DNA from: Thainema sp.
Lineage (GTDB): Bacteria; Cyanobacteriota; Cyanobacteriia; Phormidesmidales; Phormidesmidaceae
Assembly: GCA_052168235.1 (NCBI GenBank)
Contig: JBQLZK010000014.1
Location: 1-64,000 of the forward strand
Reading direction: 5' to 3'
Length of the DNA stretch: 64,000 nt
In this document: piece by piece, positions 60,655-64,000 of the stretch
How positions within the stretch are numbered: position 1 is the first letter of the stretch
How the letters are laid out: every line of letters starts with the position of its first letter
Position numbers and translations under genes: made by a program
The notes under the pieces: model-generated
Seen by the model: the letters and a program-made list of their open reading frames with translations, nothing else
Told to the model about the DNA's origin: nothing
The model's database searches: none

Positions 60655-61545
60655 CTATGGAAGATAAGGTGTCGCGAGTCCCACGACGTAAGCAGGATAT
60701 TCTAAATGCGGCAAAACGCCAGTATTAGGAATAGTATGAAATCCTTTGATTGCGTGTGGATTCAGTTTAGCGAGCCGCTCACCGATACTTGGGCGGTTGA
60801 ACTTGGCCTGTTCTCCCCAAATCATGGCGGTTGGCACCGAAAGCTGGCTGATATAGCGCGATAGGTCGAAGCTTAAATTGCCTTTAAGTGAAGCGAGAGC
60901 CGCATACTGAGCATGGCGCTGACGGGCTGAGGTGACGTAGGCCGCAACCATTTCGGGCGTAATTCTGGACGGCTGGGCAAACAGAAACTGGGCCATAAAG
61001 TTGGAGACAGCCGTTTCATTGGCTGCACCCAAGTTATAAATCAAATCATTCAGCCCTGGAATTTTCGTGAGCTGAGCCGACAGCCCGGCTCCAAAGTTAG
61101 TCCCAAAATCGCTGTAGCCGGATGGGCATACCAGAATCAATTGGGCAAAGTGTTCGGGCTGCTGGACTGCCAAACGTACTGTAATTCCTGCAGTTAAGGA
61201 TGAAGCGAACACCGTGACTGGTCGTCCAATCCACTCCATTAGCTCGCTGAGCATGGTGAAATAGTCTTCTACGGTGTAATCCCGAATCGGATGAGTGGAC
61301 TGTCCCCAACCGATTAGATCGGGTGCAATCACTTGATAATCCGCAGCAAAGGCCGGATAGACTTTTGACCATTCGTAGGCGGACGAGCCACCACCGAGGC
61401 TGTGCAGAAACAGCAGCGGCGGTAAATCAGGTTCGGGCTGCTTGGGATCGCGCCACGGCTGATCCATTGGCGTGTAGTAGGCCATCACACCCAGCGAGGT
61501 TTCACAGACTCGCTGACCAAATCCACTAGGCTGAAATTGCAACAT
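60655..61545 (-). CDS. Alpha/beta fold hydrolase
   Basis: [25 protein letters not shown] elbow, IWGE, LPHLE. Confidence 0.88.
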   Translation of the reverse strand: MLQFQPSGFGQRVCETSLGVMAYYTPMDQPWRDPKQPEPDLPPLLFLHSLGGGSSAYEWSKVYPAFAADYQVIAPDLIGWGQSTHPIRDYTVEDYFTMLSELMEWIGRPVTVFASSLTAGITVRLAVQQPEHFAQLILVCPSGYSDFGTNFGAGLSAQLTKIPGLNDLIYNLGAANETAVSNFMAQFLFAQPSRITPEMVAAYVTSARQRHAQYAALASLKGNLSFDLSRYISQLSVPTAMIWGEQAKFNRPSIGERLAKLNPHAIKGFHTIPNTGVLPHLEYPAYVVGLATPYLP

Positions 61546-61699
61546 GGGGCGCATCATTGCTGTACTATCGTCATCATCCTATAGTAGCCATCACCCAGGC
61601 ACTACACAGAGTGGTATTTCGGAGTGGTATTTAGGTCATGATCTTGCGCTGGTGTGCTTGGCGCAACCACAACATGATTACCGTTTGAGGATAACTCCT

Positions 61700-62068
61700 A
61701 TGGAAATTAATCGGCCAGATGTTGTTGCAGAGGTAACTGCTGCCTTTGAGCGCTATGAGAAGGCGCTAGTGAGTAACGATGTGGCCGTGCTGGATGAGCT
61801 GTTTTGGCGGAGTCCCCAAACGATTCGCTATGGAGCGACGGAAAATCTCTATGGGTACGATGCGATCGCAACATTTCGCAGCCAGCGGTTAGCTAAAGGA
61901 TTAGCCCGTATGTTGGTGAATACGGTGATCACGACCTATGGAGCTGACTTTGCCACGGCAAATACTGAATTTCGGCGTCCGGGGCAGTTCGGTCGCCAGA
62001 GCCAAACCTGGATGCGTACTCCAGAGGGGTGGCGAGTGGTCAGTGCCCATGTGTCACTATTGCCGTAG
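61700..62068 (+). CDS. AtzH/HpxZ-like (DUF3225) NTF2-fold protein
   Basis: [44 protein letters not shown] gagg. Confidence 0.88.
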   Translation: MEINRPDVVAEVTAAFERYEKALVSNDVAVLDELFWRSPQTIRYGATENLYGYDAIATFRSQRLAKGLARMLVNTVITTYGADFATANTEFRRPGQFGRQSQTWMRTPEGWRVVSAHVSLLP

Positions 62069-62238
62069 GTAGCCTGTAAATAAAAGATGTGACTATGACA
62101 CAGCGAACGTGGCAAATTCTCTCTGGCATAGCGTTAGGCGTTGGTTTTGCGTTTTTGATTGGAGCTTTCGCGTCAGAAACAGTGTTTTTGTATGCGATCG
62201 CAGCTGCTGGGTTTGCCTTGGCCGCAATTTTTGCTCGA

Positions 62239-62820
62239 TTAAGAAGACGATGAGCGTCGAATCATGATTTGGCTGTCGTAATAGTTCGCAGCAACGCCGT
62301 TGCCAGTGGATACAGCCGCTGGATTGGCAGCTGAGCGCACAACATAGCTCAGGGGTTGGGGGGCGGAGTGGGCAGATTGAGCCAATAGTTTTTCAGCTTC
62401 ATTTAGCTTTTGGTTGAGTTCTCGCACGCGGCGCGACAGCATGGCAATGACGTTGACGGCGATCCCTGGCGTTTCGTCAATGGCTTCATAGAGCTGTTGC
62501 TGCGTGAGTACCAGACAGTTGCAGGGATCGATTGTGGTCACAGAAGCGGATCGAGGTTCAGCATCAAAAAGCGCCATTTCTCCAAAGCAGGCACCTGCAT
62601 CGAGCTGAGCCAGCTCATTGTCGCCGATGTGAACTCGAACTCGCCCCGAAATCACGATATACAGCGATCGGCCTTCTTCTCCCTGTGTAAAAATCGTGTG
62701 ATTCGCTGGAAACGATAGCTCATCCATAATGGATGCCAAGCGAATCAAAAAGTCGTCCCGCAACTCTTGGAAGATGGGGACACCGCGAACGAACAATAAT
62801 CGTTTGACGCTGCTTAACAT
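62239..62820 (-). CDS. Cyclic-nucleotide-binding domain protein
   Basis: IFTQGEEG, FGEMALFDAEPRSASV. Confidence 0.92.
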   Translation of the reverse strand: MLSSVKRLLFVRGVPIFQELRDDFLIRLASIMDELSFPANHTIFTQGEEGRSLYIVISGRVRVHIGDNELAQLDAGACFGEMALFDAEPRSASVTTIDPCNCLVLTQQQLYEAIDETPGIAVNVIAMLSRRVRELNQKLNEAEKLLAQSAHSAPQPLSYVVRSAANPAAVSTGNGVAANYYDSQIMIRRSSSS

Positions 62821-63030
62821 ATCAACCGTCTGGAACAGTAAACAGGGAAGTGCGATCGCATCTCGGTATCTTCAATCATCGGTATCTTCAATCATTAGCG
62901 TACCCATCTGACTGAACAAAACACGGCATCGCATCCTGGCCAACACGCCCTCAGAATACCTCTATATCGTTGGAATGCCACACTGTGCGCAAGAATTTAA
63001 CGGTTTGGGCAGGAGAGTGACAGGGTGGCC

Positions 63031-64000
63031 TCACCCTTGTGACCCCTGCTGTAACTCCTGCCGCAATTTCTGTACCTGATCGACGACCAAGGGATTGGGA
63101 TCATTTTGCATGAGTGGCAGCAGTTCCTTGAGCGATCGCGGTGAGGCCATCTTGAGGTAGTCCAAAACGGCTTCCCGAACAAAGCCTGTGGCGTGCTGTA
63201 GGCAAATTAAAATTTGTTCTGCGGAAATGCTCCAGTGCTGCTGACGCGCCAGGTAGAAACAGCAGGCCACCACCCAATCCGATAAAAAATGCCGCAGATC
63301 GAGTAAGAATCGTAAGCGATCGCTGGGCAGGAGGGGATAGTACATAATTAAGTCAGACAGGCTCAGGAGCTTATTTTCGAGGGACGTTTGATCGAGCACG
63401 GTTAATAGTGCCCGCTTACTGGGAATATCCAGCGTATTGTCTAAGATCTCCAGTCCGCGCGCCATGCTGTTGAACGAGCCGGAGCGCAGAATGCTAAATT
63501 CAGCGGCCTGCATCGCGTTAGCGTCGTATAAAAAGCGCATCAGCAAGAAAATTCGCTCAGTTCCATCCAGTTGCAGATCTTGCAGTCCCCGGCGCAGTAG
63601 CTCAGCCTCTTCCGTGGCGACCATTTCTACTCTGAGATCCTGGAGCGCAGCAATAATTTGGCCGACGAACATCAGCTCTTGATCGAGCATGAGTTCAACC
63701 CCGCTGCGGCCAATTCGCTCCAGCACGGCCTCCACGCCCTTGTCCTGCGGCATGCGCAGCAGGGCGCGCAGTAGCGTCCGCCGTCGGTTCCCCCAGATCG
63801 TACGCAGGGGGAGCACCATCGCGTCTAAAGCGGGTTCCGTGTTGATGTTGCCAATGGCGCTCCAGGCGTGAAAACAGACCATTTCTGGCTTGGTGGGATC
63901 TTCGGCCAGCCGCACCAGCATGGGAATCGCTTCGTTGCCCAGGCGGCTGAGCGCCCGTTCGGCGGCTTCACGGGTGGACTTGTAGTGCAAACCGCGCAGG
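63031..64000 (-). CDS. HEAT-repeat protein, C-terminal part (5' end outside the window)
   Basis: Open frame runs to the window edge with REAAERAL / FVREAVL HEAT-like helices; upstream of the cNMP gene. Confidence 0.75.
   Translation of the reverse strand, partial: LRGLHYKSTREAAERALSRLGNEAIPMLVRLAEDPTKPEMVCFHAWSAIGNINTEPALDAMVLPLRTIWGNRRRTLLRALLRMPQDKGVEAVLERIGRSGVELMLDQELMFVGQIIAALQDLRVEMVATEEAELLRRGLQDLQLDGTERIFLLMRFLYDANAMQAAEFSILRSGSFNSMARGLEILDNTLDIPSKRALLTVLDQTSLENKLLSLSDLIMYYPLLPSDRLRFLLDLRHFLSDWVVACCFYLARQQHWSISAEQILICLQHATGFVREAVLDYLKMASPRSLKELLPLMQNDPNPLVVDQVQKLRQELQQGSQG

Noticed and set aside
1..64000. Complete DGR (reverse transcriptase, avd, AAC-rich template repeat)
   Set aside because: No RT motifs in any ORF and no second copy of the VR seen by eye; only the target is supported.

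Overview
Cyanobacterial chromosomal DNA: the HIP1 octamer GCGATCGC is very frequent (mostly as TGCGATCGCA), and psb32, a gvpL/F-family gene, an SLH porin and short tandem repeats are present, which suggests a filamentous Leptolyngbya-like organism. Housekeeping and transport genes include Fe(III) ABC futA/futC with Fur-like boxes, carB, an RND pump, phnD/phnE, thrC and a GH1 glucosidase. Accessory loci are interleaved with them. (1) A Pepco-like gene sits upstream of a caspase/FGE(CLec) gene whose 3' end looks like a diversity-generating-retroelement variable repeat, with no RT or template repeat in the window. (2) A NACHT-pentapeptide gene is divergent from an uncharacterised 119-aa basic helical protein, and a non-coding motif array with exact 21-bp period lies between them. 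(3) A universal stress protein gene is bracketed by 121-bp, about 95%-identical inverted repeats. (4) A KTSC pseudogene appears to have been broken at a HIP1 site. (5) An HTH-STAND regulator is divergent from duplicated RTX proteins that share promoter motifs. Several miniature palindromic or REP-like repeat families also occur. I recognised no rRNA, tRNA, CRISPR array, transposase or integrase. All family assignments come from motif recognition by eye, not database searches.
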